Made by a program: the position numbers and the translations under genes. Below are positions 52,912-64,000 of a DNA stretch of 64,000 nt, piece after piece; within the stretch, counting starts at the first letter, position 1; every line of letters starts with the position of its first letter. The stretch is from positions 59,148,001 through 59,212,000 of the forward strand of contig OX597823.1 in the NCBI GenBank assembly GCA_951406725.2, given 5' to 3'. The notes beneath the pieces were generated by a model that saw only the letters and a program-made list of their open reading frames with translations, was not told the DNA's origin and made no database searches. This stretch comes from Octopus vulgaris (taxonomy: Eukaryota).

Positions 52912-53342
52912 TTTGTAGCCTTTTATTCACTAGATGACTCTGTCAAATGGAAAAAAGAAAACTAACAACGAACCAACGCTGAACAGACGCAACAAGGAAA
53001 AACAAAGGGAAAAAAGAAAGGAAGAAAGAAAGAAAGACCAACAATTGAACCAATAAATTTTGAATGTGCAATTTACAAAAAAATGTTTTTTTTTTGTTTT
53101 TTTTTTTGTTTGTACTGTGTGCACAGAGAATAGAAAAAAATTATTTTCTTTTTTTTGTTTTTACCAACCTTCGTCGCGTTTTAATCGAGAAAAAAAATTT
53201 CTTCTCTTTTTTTTTTTTTCTTCCGTGCGTGAGTGCAGATGAAGAAACAAACTGTTGAAAGGGACTGGAAAACAGGTTGGTCGTGTTTCAGACTTGGCAG
53301 AAAACTGGATTTTTCTTTTTGTTGAGTGTTCTCTGGAACTTT

Positions 53343-53352
53343 GGGGTCACCA
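53343..53352 (-). promoter_or_regulatory. Primer-binding site, tRNA-Trp type
   Basis: TGGTGACCCC lies 1 nt inside the 5' LTR and is complementary to the 3' end of tRNA-Trp (...GGGGUCACCA), the primer reported for the CsRn1 clade. Confidence 0.85.
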
Positions 53353-53353
53353 C

Positions 53354-53855
53354 TGTAAGGAATATGTGATATCTCCGCTTGCACTTTTGGGGTGCAAGTT
53401 GGTGCAATCACTTTCCGTTGCTTTTATATCCAGACTCTACCAGTCAAAGAAACACAAAACGCAGACGTAAAAAATAGACATACTTTATTGTTTTATACCG
53501 GTGAGAAATCAGTGGTATATCTGATGTCCAAAATGGCGTCCTGAGGAAGAAGATGATTTGACTGCAACAATTCAGGTTAAAAGTCTTCGGCCAAAGGACT
53601 GCTGCTATCAAAACCGGAGAGAGAGCGAATTAAACGTCTGCTTTGGTGAAATGCCTGCCGCTGTCTGTCGGACGCTAATGGTCAACCTTTACGCTCCCTT
53701 GCCTCTTTGTTAAGGCTCACGCTCCCTTGCCTAAGGCCACGTCAGCAAGGCTGTCAGCTAAGGCCACGTCAGCAAAATTCCCTCTTTCGGACTTCGTGTA
53801 TTCGCGAGAGGGCGTTGCGCGCGCGCGCGCTGTTGTATAGGATCACTTCACTACA
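53354..53855 (-). repeat. 5' LTR
   Basis: Reads TGTAG...TTACA on the minus strand, is followed by the PBS and is near-identical to 48270-48771. Confidence 0.96.
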
Positions 53856-56800
53856 ACTTTGATGATGATAAATTGGAATGCATACCTTGTGAAACACCGG
53901 GACCAGCCTACATGTTAACATAGAAGGAAAGATATAATTTTATGTAGCAATACAACAGAAAAACCAGGTAGTACCCACTTCCGTTAAAAAACAATTCTAT
54001 CTTACCCGCTATCATTTAAACTTTCTATTCCATTCCTTCATAAAGTCCCTTCGTGTTAGAGCCAATGATGAATTAGTTCTATTTCTATTTTAATACTTCA
54101 GAAACGGGACTGTTACGTGAATGCCTTGTATTTCGTTGCTCAGAGAGGTTTTCAGTGTCCCAAATGGGGTGTGGAGTTTGTAATAGGTGCAGCAAGGAAG
54201 AACTGGAGGTTTTATGTAAGCTAAGTAAAGATGTACCTCTGTAAGTTCTATTATATTTATGATTGTACCCAAGCTACAGGGAATTACACCTTATTGAATA
54301 TTAGTCATGAAAACCTTCCGAAACCTTAGCATTCTTGCCTTCCAGAAGTGTTTCTCACCCTTGTTAAGAACCGGAGATTTAAGTGGCCACTCATTGACTA
54401 GAAATTGCAGCTAAATATTACCCAAATCAAATCCTATTTCGAAAACAAAATGAACATTATATAAATACAGCTCTATTTGGAATATACGTGACTGTTAAGG
54501 CAGGAATACTTTCAAAAACAGGATTTCTTCGTCATGCTCACGTCGAAATCAAACGACAGCAACAGGCGTTGTTGTTATGAATAACATCATCCTCATGACT
54601 GCCAATATCACCATCAGCATAACATAAACTACATAAGCATTGGTTCATTTATCTAAATATTCTGTAGGAACCATCATAATGGAATCTTCATATTTGTTCA
54701 TGAGGTTAGTTTTGCTCATTATTTTTCAATTTAGATTGAGTCAAACATGAAGTACATGAAAATAATATATTTCCCACGGTAAGAGAATGTTTATTTCCGT
54801 ATTTTTTTATGACGTTCTTTCCCAACTGCATTCAAGTGAAACACTGTAAGCATTGGCTACGTGCTCTATTTTGATTTGTTTTCTTCGTTATGTTCTGTGC
54901 TGCGTAATGCTGTTATTTTCTTTTCGATATACGTATGAGTAATTTGCGCAATTTTTTGGCAATTGCTGTTTTCTGAATTTATTTTTTGTCTTTTTCTACT
55001 TTATAAGTTCAAATCTCGCAAAGCCAACTTGATGCTTCAGCATTCTAAGGCCAATAGTATCTTCAATTCTCACCTTCTTATTATCTATAGTTTTAGATAT
55101 TTACCTTTGGGTAATTTCATCTTTTATTTCAGCTTTCATTGTTTTATCTTAAAAATGATATTTTCACAGTCAGAATACACGTTTGTATTTATCCCCGAGA
55201 ATACTACGGCCTTTATCAAGAAAGTTTCCAGAAATTTTGTCGACACGCTGATGTAAAAAACAAAGTTGTCAGATTGAGGGAACAATCTGAAGTGGGCATC
55301 TAAGATTGATTTCGGAAGGTGCGGGGGCCAAACTGTTTTACTACTTCAGAATCTGTTGCACTATCAGAAGAAACTCAGGTTAGTGTTGCTGAGATTATGT
55401 TAGTGAGTTGGCAGACGTTCACTTATTTATATCTTTTTATGTAGAAGAACTGCATCACTCACATATGTGGCCTATACACAAATTTAGAATTGACATGTCC
55501 TGTAAACGAACAGCAAGTATTTGGAACTAAATATGTGGCAATCTTCGATGAATAGCTTTAGCGTTTGGATACTATTTTGATTATGGTAAATATGTAGTAT
55601 CTCCATGAAAGATTGTAGAGAGTGTGAAAGCTTTTGTGACGTGCTGTTCATTATGCATTACGCTTCTCACGGCATGAAATTGAATTTGTTTTTTGTGACT
55701 ACTAATGTTATGTTCATATAATGTTATGTCAAGCAATAAATAGCAAAAGCTCCTAATGAGACATGTAAAATATTCATACTTATTTAAAACAACAAAGATA
55801 ATATTACTGGCCTTATGAATGAAATATTTCATGCATTTAGGACTTCTGTTCCTTAGGGATTGTCGTTAATGTAGACTGAAAGCTAGAGTTATTGGGAATG
55901 ACTTAAAGAACTATACCAGAAATGATATATAGGAATACTTGTAATAACTGCAATAAAATTATTGGGAGAAAGATAACATTCTTTACTGCGACGTAACCCT
56001 TAGAGACTGCTTTGCAATGAAAATTCAGTGAAAGAGCGAATATTTTTATCTAGGTCTATTAGTTTTGCAGTAACTGTATTTGCATTTCCTAACTATGAAA
56101 CAATAAGTCTGTATGTACAAGAAACTTGAAGCGATACATACAAAAGTACACACGTGAACACACATACACACATGCGTGCACACATACAAATCAAATATAC
56201 ATATAATGAAATATCATTTTACTGTTATTTCACAACAATGATGCAGATATATTTGGTAAATGAAATGCCGACATCTTGTTTGGGGATTTCAACAGTTTAA
56301 GACATTTGAGAAAAGCTTGTGGAAGAATTGTCTGTGTTTCAATTTACTTTGTAGAATGAAAGCTATAATTTATATGAAATAATGAAGATTCATTCCATCA
56401 CATATTCCATCAATAACCACAGCTAACATTAATGGAAATGGAAACAAAAGAAAACTGATATTATGTGATTTCAGCTCGGTTCACTCCCAAGTCAATTGTT
56501 ATTCCTCAAGAGGCATACAGTGGCATTTTGTCAATAAACTTCTTCCCTTTCGTGTCATTAGAAGTTAGTAGACATTGTGTTTTCCAGTTCTAACAAATCT
56601 GAAGGGATAGGGTAAGTGACAGAAGTTCGAAGAATACTGATAATATCCTGCCAATTCATCTGGCTTTGCTCCGAGACAATAGAGCTTATGTGAAAATCCT
56701 CAATACTGCAATACAGATGTTGTGGCAAACATAATTTTGAATTGATCAAAATGAATCAGCAATCATGGACAAAAGTTCTTGATAGCATTTTCGAGTAAAT

Positions 56801-57709
56801 ACGCCCGTATATTTGATAAGAACCCATTTATTAATCAATATAGATTGAATTTACTGCATGTAATAAAGAAGTAGGAAGATCTAAGTTTTCAAGGAAAAGG
56901 CAAGTAAAAGACGAATGCTAGGAAAATCACTGTAGAAATGAAGTACTGCTAGAAGATTCTGTGGCAAAATGCCAAAATATTATTGCAATAAATATACAAA
57001 AACATGTATTCTGATTAAAGTAATACGTAGTTTGAAAGAAATATTGCAACATTATTTACTATTCTCATTCAATTTCTCTTGGGATATAATGCAAGGTGTA
57101 AAAGACTTACATTTTTTTTGTCATGTTCGCATTGATAGAAAAATATTGTCTTCTTTATGGAGATGGGAAATAGTAATATATTAAGGTAAATTACTTTAGA
57201 GATAGAAACTCTAATTTGATTCCAACCAACTCCTTAAGTTTTCATTTATATATCTTAAGCTATACAGAGAGAACTGTTTTCAGAAAATTCAAAATGACTT
57301 ATCAAGGGCGAGAAACAAAACTGTGATTAACTGAAAGCTGTATTCAATATGTTCCTTATTTACAAAAGTGGTAGAATGTATTTCAAAATAAGCATTTCTA
57401 GAACAGACCAAACTCCTGTTACAGTATGTTTCTCAGTGTCATTTATTGAATAATATTCATATACAAACTATTCTAGGTACGTTTCAATATTTAATAACTT
57501 TCTTAATCTATTATTTCTAAGATAATTATTTCGGCCTGTATGCTTATACATATAAATAACAACAACAAGAAAAAGAAGAACAACAACAATAAAAACAACA
57601 ACAATAATAATAATCATAATAATAATAATGATAATAATAATTCCTTCTACTATAGGCACAAGACCAGTGCTAAATAATGATAATGACGATGATGACGACG
57701 ATGATGATG

Positions 57710-58105
57710 GGTTTGTGGTACGAAGCTTGCTTCCCAACGGAATGGTTCTGGGTTCGGTCTCACTGCGTGGCACTTTGGGCAAGTATCTTTTCCTCTTCCT
57801 TCTGGCCGACCAAAGCCTTATCAGTGGATTTGGTAGACGGAAAATGAAAGAAGCCCGTCGTATACACTCACACATATACTATATATGGCGGCGAGCTGAC
57901 AGAAACGTTAGCATGCCAGGCGAAATGCGTAGCCGTATTTCGTCTGTCGTTACGTTGTGAGTTCAAATTCCGCCGAGGTCGACTTTGCCTTTCATCCCTT
58001 CAGGGTCGATAAATAAAGTACCAGTTACGCACTGGGGTCGATTTAATCGACTTAATCCCTTTGTCCGTCCTTGTTTGTCCCCCTATGTTTTTGTGGGCAA
58101 TAAAG

Positions 58106-58194
<89 letters not shown>

Positions 58195-58430
58195 TGTATG
58201 CATGTGTGTTTGAGTTTGTCCACAGCTTGAAAACCGGTGTTGGTGTGTGTGCATTCCCGTAACTTAACGCTTTGGCAAAAGAGACCGTTAGGGTAAGTAC
58301 CAGACTTATTCTAACTATTTTTACTAGTAATTGACTCTAGTAAAAATCAATTACTAGAGTCGATTCATTCATTCGACTAAAACCTCAAGGTGATGTTCCA
58401 GCATGCCCACGTCTAATGGCTGGAAAATAT
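57710..58430 (+). mobile_element. SINE family A with a family B SINE nested at 57887-58109
   Basis: Family A head (57710-57865), complete family B copy, (TA)n(TG)n, then the family A 3' half. Confidence 0.85.
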
Positions 58431-58957
58431 CGTCGATCATTTACCACTGGAAACATGGATGTTTTGTTTAACACGAACAGAGTAAGAAACTGCACTCAAA
58501 GGAGGCTTATAAATACAGACCAGAGCTTAACCTCCCTGAATATGACGATGATGATGAAGATGATGATGATGATGATGATAATGATGATGATGACGACGAC
58601 GATGATGATGATGATGATGATGAAGATGATGATACACCACCGACTAAGGCAGCAGAAGTGCGAAACAAAAATCAAGCAGGAATGCTTGAAGGAAATATCA
58701 AGGTTGTGGAAAGAAAAAAAAAACCCATTTCAGGGGGCGATACTCCAAACATGCTGGGGGAGCTGAAGTAGATGTAAGAAGTTGCCATCAGTGACTGCAG
58801 ATAGTCATAGAATATCAATGGTAGGCATATCAAGCACAAACACAAAAACGAACCATTGCCACTATCACCTTTGCTGCCGCTGCTGCTGCTGCTACTACTA
58901 CTGCTAGTACTGCTGCTGCTACAACTACTACTACTGCTGCTGATACTACTTCTACTG

Positions 58958-59026
<69 letters not shown>

Positions 59027-59172
59027 GTGCTGCTGCTACTACTACTACTACTCAGAAAACAAGTTTGAATAGAAGAGTGTCGTATTAAATAACCCATCCC
59101 CGCAACCGCAGAACATTGCTGTTGTTGTTGTCGTCATCATCATCATCATCATATTATTATTATTATTATTAT

Positions 59173-59406
59173 TCAGTAGTTTTATTTTTATAGCGTGCTT
59201 TCACTTCACTACCGAGCGCAGCTCTGTGTGCCTTGGGTATGTGCTGTGATTTGTTGTGATGCTTTGATGTTTATTGTATGGAAAGTGCTCTGCGTAGGAT
59301 GTGTGCAGTGCCTAGTAGTGCAATTTCTGTATGTTATATATGTTTGTAAGTCCTGGTGTTTTTGTTATGTATTTGAATATTTTTTTATCATGCCTAATGC
59401 ACCTAC

Positions 59407-59407
<1 letters not shown>
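59173..59407 (-). mobile_element. Short 3' end of the same R4/Dong family as 31766-32288
   Basis: Near-identical reverse complement of about 32048-32288, embedded in (TTA)n. Confidence 0.88.
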
Positions 59408-59448
<41 letters not shown>

Positions 59449-59721
59449 TCATTATTATTATTATCACTATCATTATTATTATTATTATTATGATTATTAT
59501 CATTATTATTATAAAGACGATAAAACGTTTGAAATCTGTAATCGACGTAATCAACTTACCCTCGCCCCCGAAATCGCAGGTCAAACTTTGAAACTATTAC
59601 TTTCATAAAAAGCGGCGAGCAGGCGGAATAGTTAGTACGCCAAAAACAAATAAAATGCTTAGTGTATTCCATCCAGCTTTACGTTCTGAGTTTAAATTCC
59701 ATGAAGGTCAGTTTTGCTTTT

Positions 59722-62225
59722 CATCCAATCTGCAATTCCAACACCATATTTGATTACCATTACTGATCTTGCATTTATTGTTTCAATGACATATTTCAAC
59801 TTAGTAATATTTTTCCTCACTCTCCTTGTATACTCTCTGCAGGCAATTTGCTTCATCTCTTCATATTTCATTTCATCCGCCTCCAGTATTCCCAAATACT
59901 TAAATCACTTTCCTTTCTCAACTGCTTTCATTGTTTGCCCATTTGGTGTTTCAATTACCTGTCTTCCTTCCAGTTTTCTCCTTTTCCTTATCAATATAGC
60001 GCACTTTTCAATCCCAAGCTCTATATGCACATCATTTGAGAAACTGCGAACATTATGTACAAGTTTTATCTTGTTTTACATTAAGCTTCATGTCATCCAT
60101 AAAAAGGAGATCATTTATCTGACTGTATCCTTTTCCAAAATCTTAGGCTATTTTACTTTCTCGTAATATGAAACTGTGGAGGCGCAATGGCCCAGTGGTT
60201 AGGGCAGCGGACTCGCGGTCGTAGGATCGCGGTTTCGATTCCAAGACCGGGCGTTGTGAATGTTTATTGAGCGAAAACACCTGAAGCTCCACGAGGCTCC
60301 GGCAGGGATGGTGGTGATTCCTGCTGTACTCTTTCACCACAACTTTCTCTCACTCTTAATTCCTGTTTCTGTTGTACCTGTATTTCAAAGGGCCGGTCTT
60401 GTCCCTCTCTGTGTCACGCTGAATATCCCCGAGAACTACGTTAAGGGTACACGTGTCTGTGGAGTGCTCAGCCACTTACACGTTAATTTCACGAGCAGGC
60501 TGTTCTGTTGAACGGATCAACCTGAACCCTCGTCGTCGTAACCGACGGAGTGCTTCCAAGAATATGAAACTGAGCGATAATGTGGCCAATACAAATAGTA
60601 ATGGAGATAAGCTTTCACTTCGCAATGTGACACGTCTGGTATTCACTTTCTCAAGTGATTGTTTTCCACCAATCAATTCAGTATTGCAATTTTTCATACT
60701 TTCATTTACTATCTTCTCAATAATTGTTGCCTCTTAAAACATGCTCATTGTTTTACATATCCAACTGTGCAGTATCATGTCATATGCGTTTTTGTAATCC
60801 AACTATGTTGCATTCAACCCCGTCAATCTGCATCTACAATTATATTTTATCAAATTATTCCTAATTAGTCAACTAATAAGTGGCTTTTTATTGTCCTACT
60901 TTGCTTCTAGCATTCTTGCTGTTTCACTTAAAGGAGATTGTTACTTTTCAGATAATCTTAAACCTTTTCCGCAAAGACACCGGCCATAAACCTCTACATA
61001 ACTGGTAAACAGGTTGTAGGTCGAAATTTTGATACTAGTTTACCTTTCAAGGGGCCCTTGAGACATAGCGTTCGACCACTTGTCATCCTAGTAGGGACGT
61101 AACCATGCTGCAAGCATGCATCTATGTGTGAAACGATTCTTTCATGCAACTGTATTAAACTCTTCAGCCAATAATCTTGAACTCCAACAGGCCCAGGTCC
61201 TTTCCAATTTGCAATTTTTTAACTTCAATCTCACTGAATATAGGTACAGTTGAAAGTTGTTTCTCTAACAGTGTTAGCTACTCTGCGCTTCCTTTATGTC
61301 TCACTGGCTTGTTCCAAAGTTCTCCCCAAAATACTTTATTTTCTGCTGCATCAGGAATCACATTCTGATGTTGTTCCCTCTCTATTTCCTCCAAAGGATG
61401 CCTCCTATTTAATCGAAACAAGCTGTTCTGTCCAAAACCTTTGCATTAAGCATCATATCTTTTCAATTTGGCCTTTAACGCAGTCACCCTTTCTGAAAAT
61501 TTTTCATGTACTGTTTGCATTCCCCTTCTGTTCTAACCTGTAATGCCCATTCAGTTTTCTGATTTGTGATCCCTATTCATTATCCTTTTCCGAATGTGCC
61601 AGTCCTTTCCATGTCTCTTCCTCCAGTTTGGCTATTTATATTTATTACCCATCTTTTCTTCATCAGTCATCCACATGTATCCTATTATGTCAGCTACAAC
61701 ATTAATAACAGCTATGATTAGCCGGTTTGTTTCGCTAATGTTTTCTGTTCTAACAAAGCCGAGAAGGCCATTTACTTTGTCTGTGGCTCCCCTTACTTTT
61801 CCTCTATCCATATAACTTACATTTGGTCGCACTTCATTGCTCACAGCACACATTTTGCTTCTCAGCATTTCTAGAATCTCTTCATCGTTCAACACTTGTG
61901 CAATATTTACTGTCCCTTGTCCAACTAGATCACGTTCACTATTTACTTCGTCAGCAAACTCAGGCACATAGTGATTTCTTCTCTTTTCATCTTCTGCATC
62001 TCTTACTCCTTCATGACCACATTCTGCTACTGTTGTTTCCCCCACACCCACTCAGTTTTATTCTTCACCTAACTTCTTCAACCACAAATCATGTAATCGC
62101 ATCATTTATACGAATTGCTCTTGCCTGGTTTCTCAATCGTCGGGTGGAAGCTCTTTTTTTTATCCCATGTTCTCTTCATTTGTTTCATGAAATCTCTTTT
62201 AATTAACTCATTTCTCAGCAACATT
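59722..62225 (-). mobile_element. Heavily decayed R4/Dong-type LINE, interrupted by a SINE
   Basis: FKYLGILEAD, FLWMT (former FMDD region) and ISETNRLI fragments; SINE with TSD at 60175-60560. Confidence 0.72.
60175..60560 (+). mobile_element. tRNA-derived SINE family C with TSD
   Basis: tRNA-like head GGCGCAATGGCCCAGTGGTTAGGGCAGCGGACTCGCGG...GGTTTCGATTCC; TSD AATATGAAAC at 60165-60174 / 60561-60570. Confidence 0.92.
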
Positions 62226-62931
62226 CAATCAGAATCTTGTATACCTCGTATGTCACTCCGTTTTGAGTTCAAATTCCGCTGAGATCGACTTTGTCTTTCA
62301 TCCTTTCGGGAGCTATAAATTAAGTACCAGTGAAACATTGGAGTCGATGTAATCGACTAGCCCCCTCCCCAGAAAATTTAAGGCCTTGTGCCTATAGTAG
62401 AAAGAACGATTCTTCTTTTTCTTCTTCTTCTTCTTCTTCTTCTTATTATTATTATTATTATTTTACAACAAACGTAGTACATCTTCAGTTCTTGACCAAT
62501 TAAAACATTCCATCTCATAGTAACATTTGAACTGTGTTGTGTTACTGATATTAGAGAAAGTTTACAGTAGAAAAAAAAGCATTAACATTTTTTAGCATTA
62601 ACCATAACCTACAACCTTTGGATATTTCATAGATTCTAAGTACTTAATAATAAAATATCTTCCCTATGTCATGCATACACAATCAAGTTATCAATTATTC
62701 ATGTTCCTCTTAAAATGTGGGTCTGGAGAAGAAGGAAATGCAATTGAATATATGCTGCTCTTACCAAAGCTAACGAATCACGCACAAGAAATTGTGTTTT
62801 GTCTATGCTTCGGTGTGAATATATATCTATGTATATGTGTATGTGTGTATGTGTGGGTGTATTGTATGAATGTTTATATTTTTCTATATGCGTATGCCGT
62901 GAATTGTATGAGTGTACACACACATACACAT

Positions 62932-62962
<31 letters not shown>

Positions 62963-62975
62963 CGCATATATATAC

Positions 62976-63008
<33 letters not shown>

Positions 63009-63123
63009 AAGTAATGATGTTTTGCCAACCTAATGTGGCAGTCCCATTTTGAGGCGAATGCTACTGTTGCTTAGCCGCAGGAGACAGGGCAGGTTAGCAC
63101 CACCACCCAGCACAAAGAAGTAT

Positions 63124-63168
63124 CTATGGACCGTATGGTTTCAGGGTTATTTTCCTTCGTCACCACAG
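63124..63168 (-). ncRNA. Type I hammerhead motif (C3G), related to the 19.8-kb element
   Basis: Minus strand: CUGUG GUGACGA AGG-aaaauaac-CCU GAAA CC AUAC G GUC CAUAG; all three helices can form. Confidence 0.65.
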
Positions 63169-63382
63169 AATAACGGCCCGCAGATACTGATTTATCTATT
63201 CTACATTTATAAAACGACTACTTATTCTTCTCTTGTATTCTATTCAATTGCGGCATGCATATGGGATATGTTAATTTCTTCAATGATAATATAAAAATAC
63301 GTGATTTTTTAGGACTTTAATTTCAAACGTGTAAAATACGCAGAAAGCAAGAAAGTATTAATGCAGTATTAAAATATTTATT

Positions 63383-63797
63383 TCTTTATTGCCCACAGGG
63401 GTCTAAACAGAGAGGCGACAAACAAGAACAGACACATGCATTAGGTTAATTACATCGACCCCAGTGCGTAACTGGTACTTTATTTATGGAACCCCGAAAA
63501 GAATGATAGGTAAAGCCGACCTCGGCGGAATTTGAACTCAGAACGTAACGGCGGAGGAAATACCTATTTCTTTACTACCCACAAGGGGCTAAACACAGAG
63601 GGGACTAACAAGGACAGCCAAACAGATTAAGTCGATTATATCTACTCAGTGCGCAACTGGTACTTATTTAATCGACCCCGAAAGGATAAAAGGCAAAGTC
63701 GACCCTCGATGGAATTTGAACTCAGAACGTAGCGACAGACGAAATACCGCTAAGCATTTCGCCCGGCGTGCTAACGTTTCTGCCAGCTGGCCGCCTT
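63383..63797 (-). mobile_element. Head-to-tail dimer of SINE family B (full copy plus 5'-truncated copy)
   Basis: Full copy 63565-63797 is joined directly to a second copy 63383-63564 that lacks the A-box region. Confidence 0.85.
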
Positions 63798-64000
63798 ATG
63801 CAGTTAAATAATAATGAATAACTGTATAGGATTTTTCTGTTTATTTAGTTTTTCCCTTTCTCAAGAATAATATTTTAGATTGCGATTAATTTTTTTCGTG
63901 GAATGTAGCAATAAGTGGAATGTAGCAATATGATGATTATTTCCCGAAAGATCATTTTAACATTGACATATCTTTTGAGAATTTATTGTTAATGGTTTTA

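Larger units (their letters stand above)
48270..53855 (-). mobile_element. Full-length Ty3/Gypsy LTR retrotransposon, CsRn1/Kabuki/Boudicca-type
   Basis: Two 502-bp TG...CA LTRs (48270-48771, 53354-53855) with 5 differences by eye. 4-bp TSD ACTT (48266-48269 / 53856-53859). PBS and PPT present. Gag has a CX2HX9CX3C motif; pol order is PR-RT-RH-IN. Confidence 0.97.

Noticed and set aside
60178-60250. tRNA gene-like sequence (also SINE heads at about 18555-18625, 23244 and 33170)
   Set aside because: These are SINE heads, followed by SINE bodies and in some cases TSDs; no proper acceptor stem or terminator.
63898-63931. 17-bp tandem duplication GTGGAATGTAGCAATA (similar small ones near 10387-10445, 10518-10540 and 38801-38829)
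   Set aside because: Ordinary local slippage or repair duplications with no further structure.

Overview
AT-rich, microsatellite-dense animal DNA made almost entirely of repeats. It is probably a coleoid cephalopod such as Octopus; this is inferred from the tRNA-SINE families, the (TAA)n-associated R4/Dong-type LINEs and the (TA)n/(TATC)n/(CATA)n tracts. I recognise no host protein-coding gene, and most ORF-track entries are translated microsatellites. Well-supported elements are: (1) a near-intact, young Ty3/Gypsy LTR retrotransposon of the CsRn1 type at 48270-53855 (-), with 502-bp LTRs differing at 5 sites, a 4-bp TSD, tRNA-Trp PBS, PPT and a U_UUA_AAC slippery site plus hairpin at the gag-pol junction; (2) a young 5'-truncated CR1-type LINE whose 3' end is shared with the main SINE family; (3) several R4/Dong-type LINE fragments; (4) a decayed Penelope-like RT/GIY-YIG element; (5) a deleted mariner, a hAT MITE and four Helitron-type elements; (6) three SINE families. 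The most striking unexplained signal is about ten type-I hammerhead-ribozyme-like motifs. Several lie in long fold-back structures: a ~400-nt rod with a hammerhead at its tip (19647-20043), and two inverted repeats with a hammerhead on each strand (13214-13765, 32503-32700). Most cores carry substitutions, so activity is unproven. All alignments and folds were done by eye and boundaries of decayed elements are approximate.
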